Positions 27,597-36,781 of a DNA stretch of 64,000 nt are shown here, in pieces. The stretch lies in assembly GCA_045047115.1 (NCBI GenBank), contig JASFYR010000013.1:1-64000 (forward strand), written 5' to 3'. The position numbers and the translations under genes were made by a program. The stretch is from Sulfurospirillum sp. Lineage in GTDB: Bacteria > Campylobacterota > Campylobacteria > Campylobacterales > Sulfurospirillaceae. The notes beneath the pieces were generated by a model. The model did no database searches. It worked only from the letters and a program-made list of their open reading frames with translations, and was not told where the DNA came from. The first letter of the stretch is position 1, and each line of letters starts with the position of its first letter.

Positions 27597-27611
27597 CAGT
27601 GTAATTATAAA

Positions 27612-28268
27612 TCAATTATGCTTAAGATAATATTGAATGTAGCTTTTTGCCAACTCAATACAACTCAAAATTGTCTGTTTTTCAGATATACTTTTTTTTA
27701 TGCTTGAAGGAATAGAACCTGCCGTAACTTCACCTATTGAAATCGCCCTATATGTATCGTTCCATTTGAAGTTTTTCAAAAAACATTTGACGGTTGAAGG
27801 AGATGTAAATATGATAATAGAATTATCTTTTGGTTTCTTATCTTGAGTATAGGCTCTGCATGTAGTCTCATACATAACTTCTTCTTTTAGATGAATTCTA
27901 GCATTTTTTAATATCTGATTCAGCTTTGAAGTTACCTCTTTGGCTCTTACGAAAAGAACTTCTTTATTCTTCAAGCTCTCTTTTATCTCTTGTGCAAAAA
28001 GATCCCCATAAGAGTTTTTAGCAGTATAGACTAGATTTGCATTATATTTTTTGATCTCTCTTGAAGTGCCTTGTCCGATGGAGTATATCTCTTTTTTTAT
28101 CCATGTTTTGTCTATTTTATCTATCGCTCTAACTCCATTTTTTGAGGTAAAAATCAAAGCATCATAGGGATCAAGATCAATCTCTTTTTTAAAAAAATTG
28201 ATCCTGATCATAGGCAAATTTACTATATCTTCATATTTATCATCATTTAGAAGATATATTTTATCCAA
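27612..28268 (-). CDS. hemD: Uroporphyrinogen-III synthase
   Basis: LIFTSKNGV, IGQGT, FTSPSTV and IGEVTA motifs. Confidence 0.9.
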   Translation of the reverse strand: MDKIYLLNDDKYEDIVNLPMIRINFFKKEIDLDPYDALIFTSKNGVRAIDKIDKTWIKKEIYSIGQGTSREIKKYNANLVYTAKNSYGDLFAQEIKESLKNKEVLFVRAKEVTSKLNQILKNARIHLKEEVMYETTCRAYTQDKKPKDNSIIIFTSPSTVKCFLKNFKWNDTYRAISIGEVTAGSIPSSIKKSISEKQTILSCIELAKSYIQYYLKHN

Positions 28269-28271
28269 ATC

Positions 28272-29822
28272 TTACTCCCATTCTATGGTAGAGGGTGGTT
28301 TTGAACTTATGTCATATACTACTCTGTTGATTCCTTCAACTTCATTTATGATTCTGCTGCTCATTCTCTCTAGCAATTCGTGTGGCAAATGGGCAAAAGT
28401 AGCTGTCATCCCGTCAACGCTCTCTACAATTCTAACACAGATTGTATTGTCATAAGTCCTGTTATCCCCCATAACTCCTACACTTTTAACATTTAACAAA
28501 ACCGTAAAAGCTTGCCATGTTTTATCATAGTAACCGCTTGATCTTAGCTCTTGGAGCATGATTACATCGGAGCGTCTAAGTATCTCTAAATCTTCACTCT
28601 TAACTTCTCCCATAATTCGAATAGCCAGTCCTGGTCCTGGAAATGGATGTCTTGCTATCATCTCTTTTGGAATTCCAAGCTCAAGTCCGAGAGCTCTCAC
28701 TTCATCTTTAAAAAGTTCTCTTAACGGCTCTATGAGCTCAAACTTCATCCAATCAGGAAGTCCACCAACATTATGGTGCGACTTGATAGTTTTACTAGGA
28801 CCCTTCACAGATACTGACTCAATCACATCAGGATAGAGAGTGCCTTGAGCAAGATATTTTATATTATCATGTTTTTTTGCCTCTGCTGCAAAAAGCTCTA
28901 TAAAAGTATGACCGATTATTTTTCTTTTCTCTTCAGGATCAATCACACCTTTTAGGCGGGTCAGATAGGTCTCTGTAGCATCAATTGTAATGAGTGGAAT
29001 TTTAAGTTTTGTTTTGAACATATTTTCCACATCTTCTCTTTCGTTTGCCCTGAGAAGTCCAGTGTCGACAAATATAGCTACAAGTTTATCTCCGATAGCT
29101 TCGTTCAAAAGTGCTGCCACAACAGAACTGTCAACTCCTCCACTAACCGCGCATAAAACTTTTCCGTCTTTTACAGTGGAACGAATTTTCTCCATCTGTT
29201 CTTTTGCAAACGAGCCCATGTTCCAAGTTGTTTCACAACCGCAGATATACTTGGCAAAATTTTTAAGTATCTCTCCTCCATACACACTGTGTGAAACTTC
29301 AGGATGAAATTGCAAAGCATACATCTTCTTCTCTTCATTGGCAATAGCAGCATATGGAGAGTTATCAGAGTGTGCAATTTTTACAAATCCATTTGGCAGA
29401 GTCTCGGCTTTATCTGCGTGAGACATCCATACTGTCTGGTTATTTTGTGTATTTTTAAATATCGGACTAACCACACCATTTAATTCATCAAACTCTATAT
29501 TTGCCTTTCCATACTCGTGATGCAAAGCAGGAACTATCTCGCCTCCAAAATAGTCGATTAAGAGTTGCATTCCATAGCAGATACTTAAAATTGGCAAACC
29601 TAATTCAAAAATCCCAACATCTGCCCTATAGGCATCTTCATCATATACTGAAGCAGGACCACCTGAGAGTATAATGCCCTGTGGGTTTTTCTTCTTTATA
29701 TTTTCTATAGGCTCATTGTAGGGCAAAATCTCACAATAAACTTTCTCTTCTCTCATTCTTCTAGCTATAAGCTGCGTATATTGTGAGCCAAAATCCAGCA
29801 CTACAATAGGGGTATGTTTCAT
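28272..29822 (-). CDS. guaA: GMP synthase (glutamine-hydrolysing)
   Basis: [31 protein letters not shown] and KPPSTIEWE motifs. Confidence 0.98.
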   Translation of the reverse strand: MKHTPIVVLDFGSQYTQLIARRMREEKVYCEILPYNEPIENIKKKNPQGIILSGGPASVYDEDAYRADVGIFELGLPILSICYGMQLLIDYFGGEIVPALHHEYGKANIEFDELNGVVSPIFKNTQNNQTVWMSHADKAETLPNGFVKIAHSDNSPYAAIANEEKKMYALQFHPEVSHSVYGGEILKNFAKYICGCETTWNMGSFAKEQMEKIRSTVKDGKVLCAVSGGVDSSVVAALLNEAIGDKLVAIFVDTGLLRANEREDVENMFKTKLKIPLITIDATETYLTRLKGVIDPEEKRKIIGHTFIELFAAEAKKHDNIKYLAQGTLYPDVIESVSVKGPSKTIKSHHNVGGLPDWMKFELIEPLRELFKDEVRALGLELGIPKEMIARHPFPGPGLAIRIMGEVKSEDLEILRRSDVIMLQELRSSGYYDKTWQAFTVLLNVKSVGVMGDNRTYDNTICVRIVESVDGMTATFAHLPHELLERMSSRIINEVEGINRVVYDISSKPPSTIEWE

Positions 29823-29905
29823 TTTATTGTCCCCTTTTTATGGAAGTGAATTCCAAAAAAATTCCTCGCGACTGAAGCACGAGCTGACGCTCTGTATAAT
29901 TTCAT
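29819..29905 (-). CDS. Candidate 28-aa uORF ([28 protein letters not shown]) formed by the repeat element
   Basis: AAGGAG 8 nt before the ATG; its TGA overlaps the guaA ATG (ATGA). Confidence 0.35.
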   Translation of the reverse strand: MKLYRASARASVARNFFGIHFHKKGTIK

Positions 29906-29948
29906 TTTTATTTCTCCTTTGCCTGCAAAAGGCATCTTAAATTTTTAT
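29842..29948 (-). repeat. Third copy of dispersed structured repeat
   Basis: GGAAGTGAATTCC..AAAAATTCCTCGCGACTGAAGCAC matches 63-99 and 1-21 with few substitutions. Confidence 0.75.
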
Positions 29949-29965
29949 CTGCTTAAAGATATCTT

Positions 29966-31315
29966 TTAAAAATCTTTAAAAATTTCAAACTGCACATACC
30001 ATATTATGATTGATATGATGTAACCCACAAGTATAGTCCATGAATATTTAAAATGTGCACCAAATGTGTAAATTCCCCTGAGTTTTCCCATCACACCAAC
30101 ACCTGCAGCTGAGCCGAAACTAATCAAGCTTCCTCCAATTCCTGCTGTCATCGTCACTAATAGCCACTGGTCCATACCCATATCCGGATTTGATTTTAAA
30201 ACTGCACTCATCACAGGAACATTATCAACTATGGCTGAGAGAAAACCAACTCCTATATTGACCGCATCTGGTCCGACTATTGTATACAGGCGTGCAGCCA
30301 AGTCCAAATACCCCAAAAAATGCAATCCTCCGACTGCTGCTAGGATACCCACAAAGAAAAGAAGTGTATCATGCTCAATCTTACTCATAGATTTAAAAAT
30401 ATTCATACCTGTATTGTACTTTCTTTTCATTCTGTAAGAATATAATTTAAGTAAAGAGAGTCCGAACATCATTCCCCACATAGCAGGCAAGTGGAAGAGC
30501 TGATGAGACAAAACAGCACTTGCAATTGTGACAATGCCGAGCACCATGACAACTTTACCGCCTTGATAAACTTCTTGTTTCTTCTCTTTTGCGGCATCAA
30601 AATGAGGTTTGTCTTTTGGTACAAACAGGGACAATAACCAGGCATTTACCACCCAACCAACAAATGATGCAGGAAACAGATAGAAAAAATCAACAAAACC
30701 CGCTTTTTCAGCCGTCCACGCCATAAGGGTTGTTATATCTCCAAATGGACTCCATGCTCCTCCTGCATTTGCTGCCACCACTATATTTATAGCTCCAGGC
30801 ACTAAAAAGTCTCTCTTCTCTTTTTCGATAGTAATCAACACAGTTGAAAGTATCAAAGCTGTTGTTAAGTTATCTGCAACCGGACTTATAAAAAATGCTA
30901 AAATACCTGTTATCCAATACAATTTCTTGTATGAATAACCTTTTGATACAAGGTTGTATTTTAGAGCATTAAAAACATTTCTCTCTATCAGAGTCTCTAT
31001 GTAGGTCATAGCAACCATCAAAAAGAAAAATATCTCTGCAATTTCGAGTATAAGCTTATCAACTTCTTCTGATAACGGATCTCTGTCCAAACCATTTATA
31101 TAAAAGTAAAAACCTATAAGCATAAATATAAATGTTCCTATAAACAGAGCTGGTTTTGCCTTGTTTATATGATAACTCTCTTCTGTTGCTATGATATAAT
31201 ACCCAACAACAAAAATAATCAAAGAGGTTATTCCGACCCAAGTACCTGTCAATGCCTCTCCACTATTTGCAAATGCACTCAGTGAAAAAAGTAATAATAA
31301 GCCTAATATTTTCAT
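29966..31315 (-). CDS. nhaD: Na+/H+ antiporter NhaD
   Basis: SPVADNLTTAL, AANAGGAWSPFGDITT, VDNVP and GSAAGVGVMG motifs. Confidence 0.92.
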   Translation of the reverse strand: MKILGLLLLFSLSAFANSGEALTGTWVGITSLIIFVVGYYIIATEESYHINKAKPALFIGTFIFMLIGFYFYINGLDRDPLSEEVDKLILEIAEIFFFLMVAMTYIETLIERNVFNALKYNLVSKGYSYKKLYWITGILAFFISPVADNLTTALILSTVLITIEKEKRDFLVPGAINIVVAANAGGAWSPFGDITTLMAWTAEKAGFVDFFYLFPASFVGWVVNAWLLSLFVPKDKPHFDAAKEKKQEVYQGGKVVMVLGIVTIASAVLSHQLFHLPAMWGMMFGLSLLKLYSYRMKRKYNTGMNIFKSMSKIEHDTLLFFVGILAAVGGLHFLGYLDLAARLYTIVGPDAVNIGVGFLSAIVDNVPVMSAVLKSNPDMGMDQWLLVTMTAGIGGSLISFGSAAGVGVMGKLRGIYTFGAHFKYSWTILVGYIISIIIWYVQFEIFKDF

Positions 31316-32787
31316 ACATTGTCTCCTTTTGTGATATAGTGTGCACCCAAAGAGACTTTTCTCTTTAATGCACTTTTTATAATCTCTCTCGAACTTAAAA
31401 GCCTAAGCCTTAAAAGTTTTCCAATCGGTAATTTTAGCATTTCTTCCACTCTATTCAAAGCAATTTGCAGATTTTTCTCGTCTCTTTTGATTCCGGCATA
31501 ATTCCACATCAAATTTCTAAGCTCATTTTTCAATTCTTTATCACCCAATTTTACCAAACTAGGCTCTACTTCATCAAAGAGTACTGTATCTTTTTTCTCT
31601 TTTAGTGTAAGCTTTATATCCAAAGCCACTCTTTTAGAAAATACAAAACCCTCCAAAAGAGAGTTGCTCGCAAGCCTGTTTGCTCCATGCACTCTTGTGT
31701 TTGCAGCCTCCCCCACAACATACAGAGAATCAACACCATCAACTCTTCCAAACAGATCACTCTTAATTCCACCCATAGCATAGTGAAAAGCCGGTGATAT
31801 AGGTACTAGATCGACAGGAAGGTTATATCCGATATTACCCATATTAAAATATATACTGGGGAATCTTTTCATAAAAAAACCCTCTTCAAAGTTATTTAAA
31901 TCCAAAAATACTTTTTTGCCGGTTTTCAACCGATAATCAAAAATAGCTTGAGAAACAACATTTCTAGGGCTCAACTCTCCTCTACTGTCATAATCAAACA
32001 GAAACCTTCTGCCTTTATCATCAATAACCTGCGCACCCTCTCCTCTTAATGATTCACTCAGTAGCTGCTTTCTCACAGCCCCGCTTTCGACAAATACTGT
32101 AGGATGAAACTGCATCATCTCCATATCTCTAAGAGGTATATCGTGCATCACACAAATTCCTTGTATATCAGAGCTTATTGTCCTTGCATTTGTATGATAC
32201 TCGTAAACAGAACCGACTCCGCCACTGGCTATGACTATCTTTTTTGCATATATATTAAAAATCTCATTATTATGAAAGACTCTTACACCGTGACACACAC
32301 CATCCTCAATCAAAAGATCTGTCACTTGTGTATTATATAGAATAGGGAATTTTAAGAGATCCATTAAAAACTGGTGTATATATCTTCCTGTTGCATCACC
32401 ACCTGCATGCAATATTCTATTTCTTGAGTGAGCAGCCTCTTTTGTATATAGAAGATTTCCATACCTGTCTTTATCAAAATTAAAACCCTGCTCTATAAAC
32501 TCTTTGATAACAACAGGTCCCTCATGGCACAAGATATCCACAGCCCCTTCATCACAAAGTCCTGCACCGGCATTTAGTGTATCTTTTATATGGTATGGTA
32601 TATCGTCTTCATTAACCGCTACAGCCACTCCTCCTTGTGCATAGAAAGTATTGCATTCCCAAGCATAATCTTTCGCCAAAACCAGTGCATCAATATCATC
32701 ATCCAAGCTCAAAGCAGTATGCAGACCAGCCACCCCTGCACCGATGATAACAACATCTTTATGTAAAAATTTCATACTACCGCTCAT
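31312..32787 (-). CDS. nadB: L-aspartate oxidase
   Basis: GAGVAG, AQGG, EAAHSRNRILH, QFHPT, HYAMGG and HGANRLASNSL motifs. Start may be 32775. Confidence 0.93.
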   Translation of the reverse strand: MSGSMKFLHKDVVIIGAGVAGLHTALSLDDDIDALVLAKDYAWECNTFYAQGGVAVAVNEDDIPYHIKDTLNAGAGLCDEGAVDILCHEGPVVIKEFIEQGFNFDKDRYGNLLYTKEAAHSRNRILHAGGDATGRYIHQFLMDLLKFPILYNTQVTDLLIEDGVCHGVRVFHNNEIFNIYAKKIVIASGGVGSVYEYHTNARTISSDIQGICVMHDIPLRDMEMMQFHPTVFVESGAVRKQLLSESLRGEGAQVIDDKGRRFLFDYDSRGELSPRNVVSQAIFDYRLKTGKKVFLDLNNFEEGFFMKRFPSIYFNMGNIGYNLPVDLVPISPAFHYAMGGIKSDLFGRVDGVDSLYVVGEAANTRVHGANRLASNSLLEGFVFSKRVALDIKLTLKEKKDTVLFDEVEPSLVKLGDKELKNELRNLMWNYAGIKRDEKNLQIALNRVEEMLKLPIGKLLRLRLLSSREIIKSALKRKVSLGAHYITKGDNV

Positions 32788-32915
32788 CTAGCTATCTTGG
32801 TATGGCTTGCTTGTGTTTTGTATAAAGGGGGTGCTTTGTATCCGCATCCTAAAAAACTAAAGGCAAGAGATGATATAATTAGAGCATGAAAAAAGTAAAT
32901 CAAATAATTTCGCAT
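32784..32915 (-). CDS. 43-aa small lipoprotein (LptM/YifL-like), absent from ORF track
   Basis: MRNYLIYFFHALIISSLAFSFLG-CGYKAPPLYK...; lipobox-like FLGC; stop overlaps ATG 32787 of the nadB ORF. Confidence 0.7.
   Translation of the reverse strand: MRNYLIYFFHALIISSLAFSFLGCGYKAPPLYKTQASHTKIAR
32871..32879 (+). promoter_or_regulatory. Extended -10 box (TGaTATAAT), probably leaderless
   Basis: Six nt separate the -10 box from ATG 32886; no SD sequence. Confidence 0.55.
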
Positions 32916-33347
32916 TTAAAAACTAAACCTTATCTAAGAAATTTACAGCATATAGACTGTCACAATCAACTGTTGTCACTTTTACCAAAAAGCTTGAGTA
33001 ATAATACAAGATTTATATATCAAAAAAATGATACTCTTTTTTTCGTACTCAATCATCCGGGTATAAAAATGGAGTTTAATTATAAGAGTAATTTGATAAA
33101 GAGTATATTAAAAAAGCTAATTGAATTCAATCCTGAATGTATTTTTATGAAATCAACCCACATAAAAGCTTTTATAACCAACAAAAAAGATAGAAAAGAG
33201 ATAGAAAATTCAAAAAAGCAAAAAATTAGATACAAAGAGAGAGCATTTGGTAAATTTGACAACAGCATAAAAGATCAAGAACTTCACAAAATCATAGAAG
33301 AGATTAGATTGCAAATCAGAAAAAACAAGACAGATGAGTTTAATTGA
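32886..33347 (+). CDS. Conserved hypothetical protein upstream of uvrC (possible DUF721/DciA-like fold)
   Basis: KNDTLFFVLNHPGIKMEF segment; overlaps the uvrC start. Confidence 0.7.
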   Translation: MKKVNQIISHLKTKPYLRNLQHIDCHNQLLSLLPKSLSNNTRFIYQKNDTLFFVLNHPGIKMEFNYKSNLIKSILKKLIEFNPECIFMKSTHIKAFITNKKDRKEIENSKKQKIRYKERAFGKFDNSIKDQELHKIIEEIRLQIRKNKTDEFN

Positions 33348-35127
33348 AGATTTAAGAAACTTGCCCCAAAGCAGTGGAGTTTATCAATATTTTGACGAGC
33401 AAGAGAGACTTTTATACATAGGTAAAGCAAAAAATTTAAAAAATCGTGTAAAAAGTTACTTTAGATTTACACCCTCACTCTCACCATCGACAAACTTAAG
33501 TATGCGTATCCACAAAATGGTAAGCGAAGCAAAAAGCATAAGATATATCTTGGTTGAAAATGAACAAGACGCACTCATATTGGAAAATTCTCTCATAAAA
33601 CAGCTAAAACCAAAATACAATATACTTCTAAGAGATGACAAGACTTACCCATATATAGCCATAAATCCTGAAGAGGATTTTCCCAGATTTGAAATTGTAA
33701 GAAAAATTATCAAAAAAAAAGGCATGAAGTATTTTGGACCTTTCACAAGCTCATCCAAAGATATAATTGACTCTTTGTACCTACTGTTCAATCTTGTTCA
33801 GAAAAAAAATTGCCTGAAAAGCAAAAAAGCCTGTCTCTTCCATCAAATGAACAGATGCCATGCTCCTTGTGTCGGCAAAATCAACAAAACAGAGTATCAA
33901 AAGATTGTCACAAATGCAATTTTAGCTCTCAAAGATAAAAAAATCATGATTGAAATGCTAGGTTCAAAGATGAACAAAGCAGTCGAATTGGAAAATTTTG
34001 AAGAGGCCGCTAAGATAAGAGATAAAATGAAAGCTATCAAAAATACTCTACATGTGAGCGATATAGATTTTGCAAAACTGGAAAATCTGGATCTGTTTTG
34101 CATACAAACCACACAAAGCAAAGCGATAATTATGAGACTTTTTATGAGAGAGGGTAAAATAATCTCAACAAGTCACAATATTTTAAAAAATCAACAAGAT
34201 TTTGAAAAAGATGAGTTCTATAAAAGGGCACTTTTACAGTTTTACAGCAACAATTCACCGCAACTTTGCAATCAAATCATTGTCGGTGATGATTTTGCGA
34301 GTAAAAATGATATAGAGAGATATCTGTGTAGCACATTCAAAAAAAAGATAAAAATAACCCATCCAAAAATTGGAGACAAGGCAAATCTGATAAGAATTTC
34401 ACAAAAAAATGCAAAATATCTACTTTCAATAGAGGTAGAAAAAGAAGACATTCATCCAATCTTACAAAGTCTTTTTGAGTTAAAACATGCTCCCTACAGA
34501 ATCGAAGTTTTTGACAACTCGCATCTAGGAGGCACGGCAACTGTAGGGGCTATGGTTGTTTGGGATGGAAAATGGGAAAAAAAATCATACAGAAAGTACA
34601 ATCTTCACTCCAAAGATGAATATTCTCAAATGCAAGAGTTGCTAAGCAGAAGAATCGAAAGTTTCACAACAGAGTCAAAGCCTGATTTATGGCTGATTGA
34701 TGGTGGAAGCACTCTTTTAAAACTAGCCAAAAAACTACTTGTAAAGTATAAAATAGACTTGGATGTCCTTGCTATCTCCAAAGAAAAACTTGATTTTAAA
34801 TCTGTAAGGTCAAAAGGAAGAGCCAAAGATATCATCCACTCATCAAGCAGGAGCTATACTCTGCCCACAAACGATAGAAGATTGCAATTTTTACAAAAAT
34901 TAAGAGATGAAGCTCACAGATTTGCGATAACTTTTCACCAAAAAAAGAAAAGAAAAATAGATTTAAGCAACAAATTAACTACTATAGACGGAATAGGCAA
35001 CGCTACAGTAAAAAAACTTTTGTCATATTTTGGCTCTTTTGATGCCATATACAAAGCTGGGATAGAAGAGTTAGAAACTGTATTAAACAGTAAACTTGCT
35101 AAAAAAATTTATGACTTTATCCAGTAA
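33334..35127 (+). CDS. uvrC: Excinuclease ABC subunit C
   Basis: GIY-YIG (GVYQY..YIGKAKNL), UVR domain, FDNSH, IDGG, RDEAHRFA and HhH. Confidence 0.97.
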   Translation: MSLIEDLRNLPQSSGVYQYFDEQERLLYIGKAKNLKNRVKSYFRFTPSLSPSTNLSMRIHKMVSEAKSIRYILVENEQDALILENSLIKQLKPKYNILLRDDKTYPYIAINPEEDFPRFEIVRKIIKKKGMKYFGPFTSSSKDIIDSLYLLFNLVQKKNCLKSKKACLFHQMNRCHAPCVGKINKTEYQKIVTNAILALKDKKIMIEMLGSKMNKAVELENFEEAAKIRDKMKAIKNTLHVSDIDFAKLENLDLFCIQTTQSKAIIMRLFMREGKIISTSHNILKNQQDFEKDEFYKRALLQFYSNNSPQLCNQIIVGDDFASKNDIERYLCSTFKKKIKITHPKIGDKANLIRISQKNAKYLLSIEVEKEDIHPILQSLFELKHAPYRIEVFDNSHLGGTATVGAMVVWDGKWEKKSYRKYNLHSKDEYSQMQELLSRRIESFTTESKPDLWLIDGGSTLLKLAKKLLVKYKIDLDVLAISKEKLDFKSVRSKGRAKDIIHSSSRSYTLPTNDRRLQFLQKLRDEAHRFAITFHQKKKRKIDLSNKLTTIDGIGNATVKKLLSYFGSFDAIYKAGIEELETVLNSKLAKKIYDFIQ

Positions 35128-35231
35128 TAGATATAATTTGCCTTTAAGCTAGACTTAGTTAGAATTAAATTTTATGCTGGATTTATTACTCCGTTTCGTG
35201 GAGCAATAAGAAACCGACTAAAGGATATGGT

Positions 35232-36371
35232 TTGATTTTATACGACAAGAAGAGTAATTTCTTAGGCATGGGTCAAAGCGAACTCTCGATATTGGGCTAC
35301 GAAGACATGGAAGAGTTCAAAAGTTATTTTGATGATTTTGCCGATCTGTTTGTTAACCATCCGGGCTATATATCGAAATTTAAAAATTTCTCTTGGATAG
35401 ACTATGCACTGCACAGTGGAGCTCCGAATAAAAATGTTCTGCTAAAACATAAAAACGGTACTGATATAGAGACAGGGCTGAAGATATCCGAAATCTCTTT
35501 GGTTCAACCGATAAATAATGAAACAGTAGTGTATTGTATAGAACTAGGTATAAATACTTCTTCATCAGATTTAACTATAAAGCAAAATATTAAATTATCA
35601 GATACAGATACACAAGAACATGTAGAAAATACAGCACCTCTAAAAGATGAATATCATCAGCAAAACAACAACGATATGCACAACTTTGATAAAATCTTGG
35701 TGAATGACTACAAGGAAGAAGACAAAAATACTCATTTAAAAACACCTATCGACAAAGAAGAAACTGTCGAAATAATCATAAAACAGAATAACAAAGAAAA
35801 TACTGAAACAAATGCAGACAACACTATTTACAATAATTCAGAGACTCGGGCTAAAGAAAGTTTCGCAGAATATAAAGACAAAGAAAAAGAGAGTTACCCT
35901 GCTAGAGCGAAAGTTGTTTTTAATGATGAAGATGACGACATGCTCAAAAATAAAATTGAAATATCTTCTCAAAATGAAAACAATATCTATGAAGAAATCG
36001 ATACTGTCGATACTGCTTCAGGTAAAAACAGACCAACCTCCACCCAGGATATTCAAAACAAAAATATAGATTTGACAAAAATAGCAGAAGAGACAGGTAT
36101 GGATCTTGGTGATATAGCTAAGTTTTTGGAAGAGTTTATAAAAGAAGCTAAAAACTATCTTCAAAAAATAAATGATGATGAAAATTTATCAAATCTTGAC
36201 TTTGTTAAAGATGAAACCATCAAGCTAAAAGGTGTTGCTTCGATTTTAAAAATCATAAATATAACAAATACACTAAATTCTATATTGCAAAAAACTGGAC
36301 AAGATAAACCAGATGGCTTGTTTAGATTACTGAAAAAACAAATTCAAAGTCTGGAGGAGCAGCTGTTTTGA
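35232..36371 (+). CDS. Hypothetical signalling protein: PAS-like N-terminus, acidic linker, HPt-like C-terminus lacking His
   Basis: C-terminal FLEEFIKEA...DETIKLKGVASILKI resembles HPt H.LKG with Ile in place of His; TTG start after AAGGA. Confidence 0.6.
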   Translation: MILYDKKSNFLGMGQSELSILGYEDMEEFKSYFDDFADLFVNHPGYISKFKNFSWIDYALHSGAPNKNVLLKHKNGTDIETGLKISEISLVQPINNETVVYCIELGINTSSSDLTIKQNIKLSDTDTQEHVENTAPLKDEYHQQNNNDMHNFDKILVNDYKEEDKNTHLKTPIDKEETVEIIIKQNNKENTETNADNTIYNNSETRAKESFAEYKDKEKESYPARAKVVFNDEDDDMLKNKIEISSQNENNIYEEIDTVDTASGKNRPTSTQDIQNKNIDLTKIAEETGMDLGDIAKFLEEFIKEAKNYLQKINDDENLSNLDFVKDETIKLKGVASILKIINITNTLNSILQKTGQDKPDGLFRLLKKQIQSLEEQLF

Positions 36372-36781
36372 AAAAAATACTATTTTTTTTATTGATAATT
36401 TTTGCATTTTTGCAGGCAAATAATTTCAGAGACGGTATGCTTTTTTACAAAAATAGTGACTTCAAAAAAGCAAAAAAGTCTTTTGAACTAGCTATAAGCC
36501 AAGACAATGCAATGCAGGCAAACTTTATGCTCGGCAAGATGTATCTTTACGGAGAAGGCGTTTCACCACAAAGAGACAAAGCCATACAGTATCTTAAAAA
36601 AGCAAGCCAAAATGGCAATATAAGAGCCAACTGTTATCTATCCGAAGCATATTTGAAAAACAATACAAACAGAGACAAGATTATCTCTTTACTAAAAAAG
36701 GGTCTTGAAAAAAATTTAAAAGAGTGCAAAAAAATTAAAAAAATATATGATATTAAAATAAAACAAGGAAAAATGAAATGA
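36368..36781 (+). CDS. Secreted Sel1-repeat protein
   Basis: Signal peptide; [27 protein letters not shown]. Confidence 0.85.
   Translation: MKKILFFLLIIFAFLQANNFRDGMLFYKNSDFKKAKKSFELAISQDNAMQANFMLGKMYLYGEGVSPQRDKAIQYLKKASQNGNIRANCYLSEAYLKNNTNRDKIISLLKKGLEKNLKECKKIKKIYDIKIKQGKMK

Noticed and set aside
27357..27611. Purine riboswitch upstream of purD
   Set aside because: No three-way-junction consensus; end pairing, size and position fit 6S RNA.
29823..29965. Guanine riboswitch upstream of guaA
   Set aside because: No aptamer consensus, and the same sequence recurs next to an unrelated tetR gene.
33712..33720. Homopolymer tracts as phase-variation sites
   Set aside because: Only A/T runs expected in AT-rich Lys codons; no long G/C tracts were seen and frames are intact.
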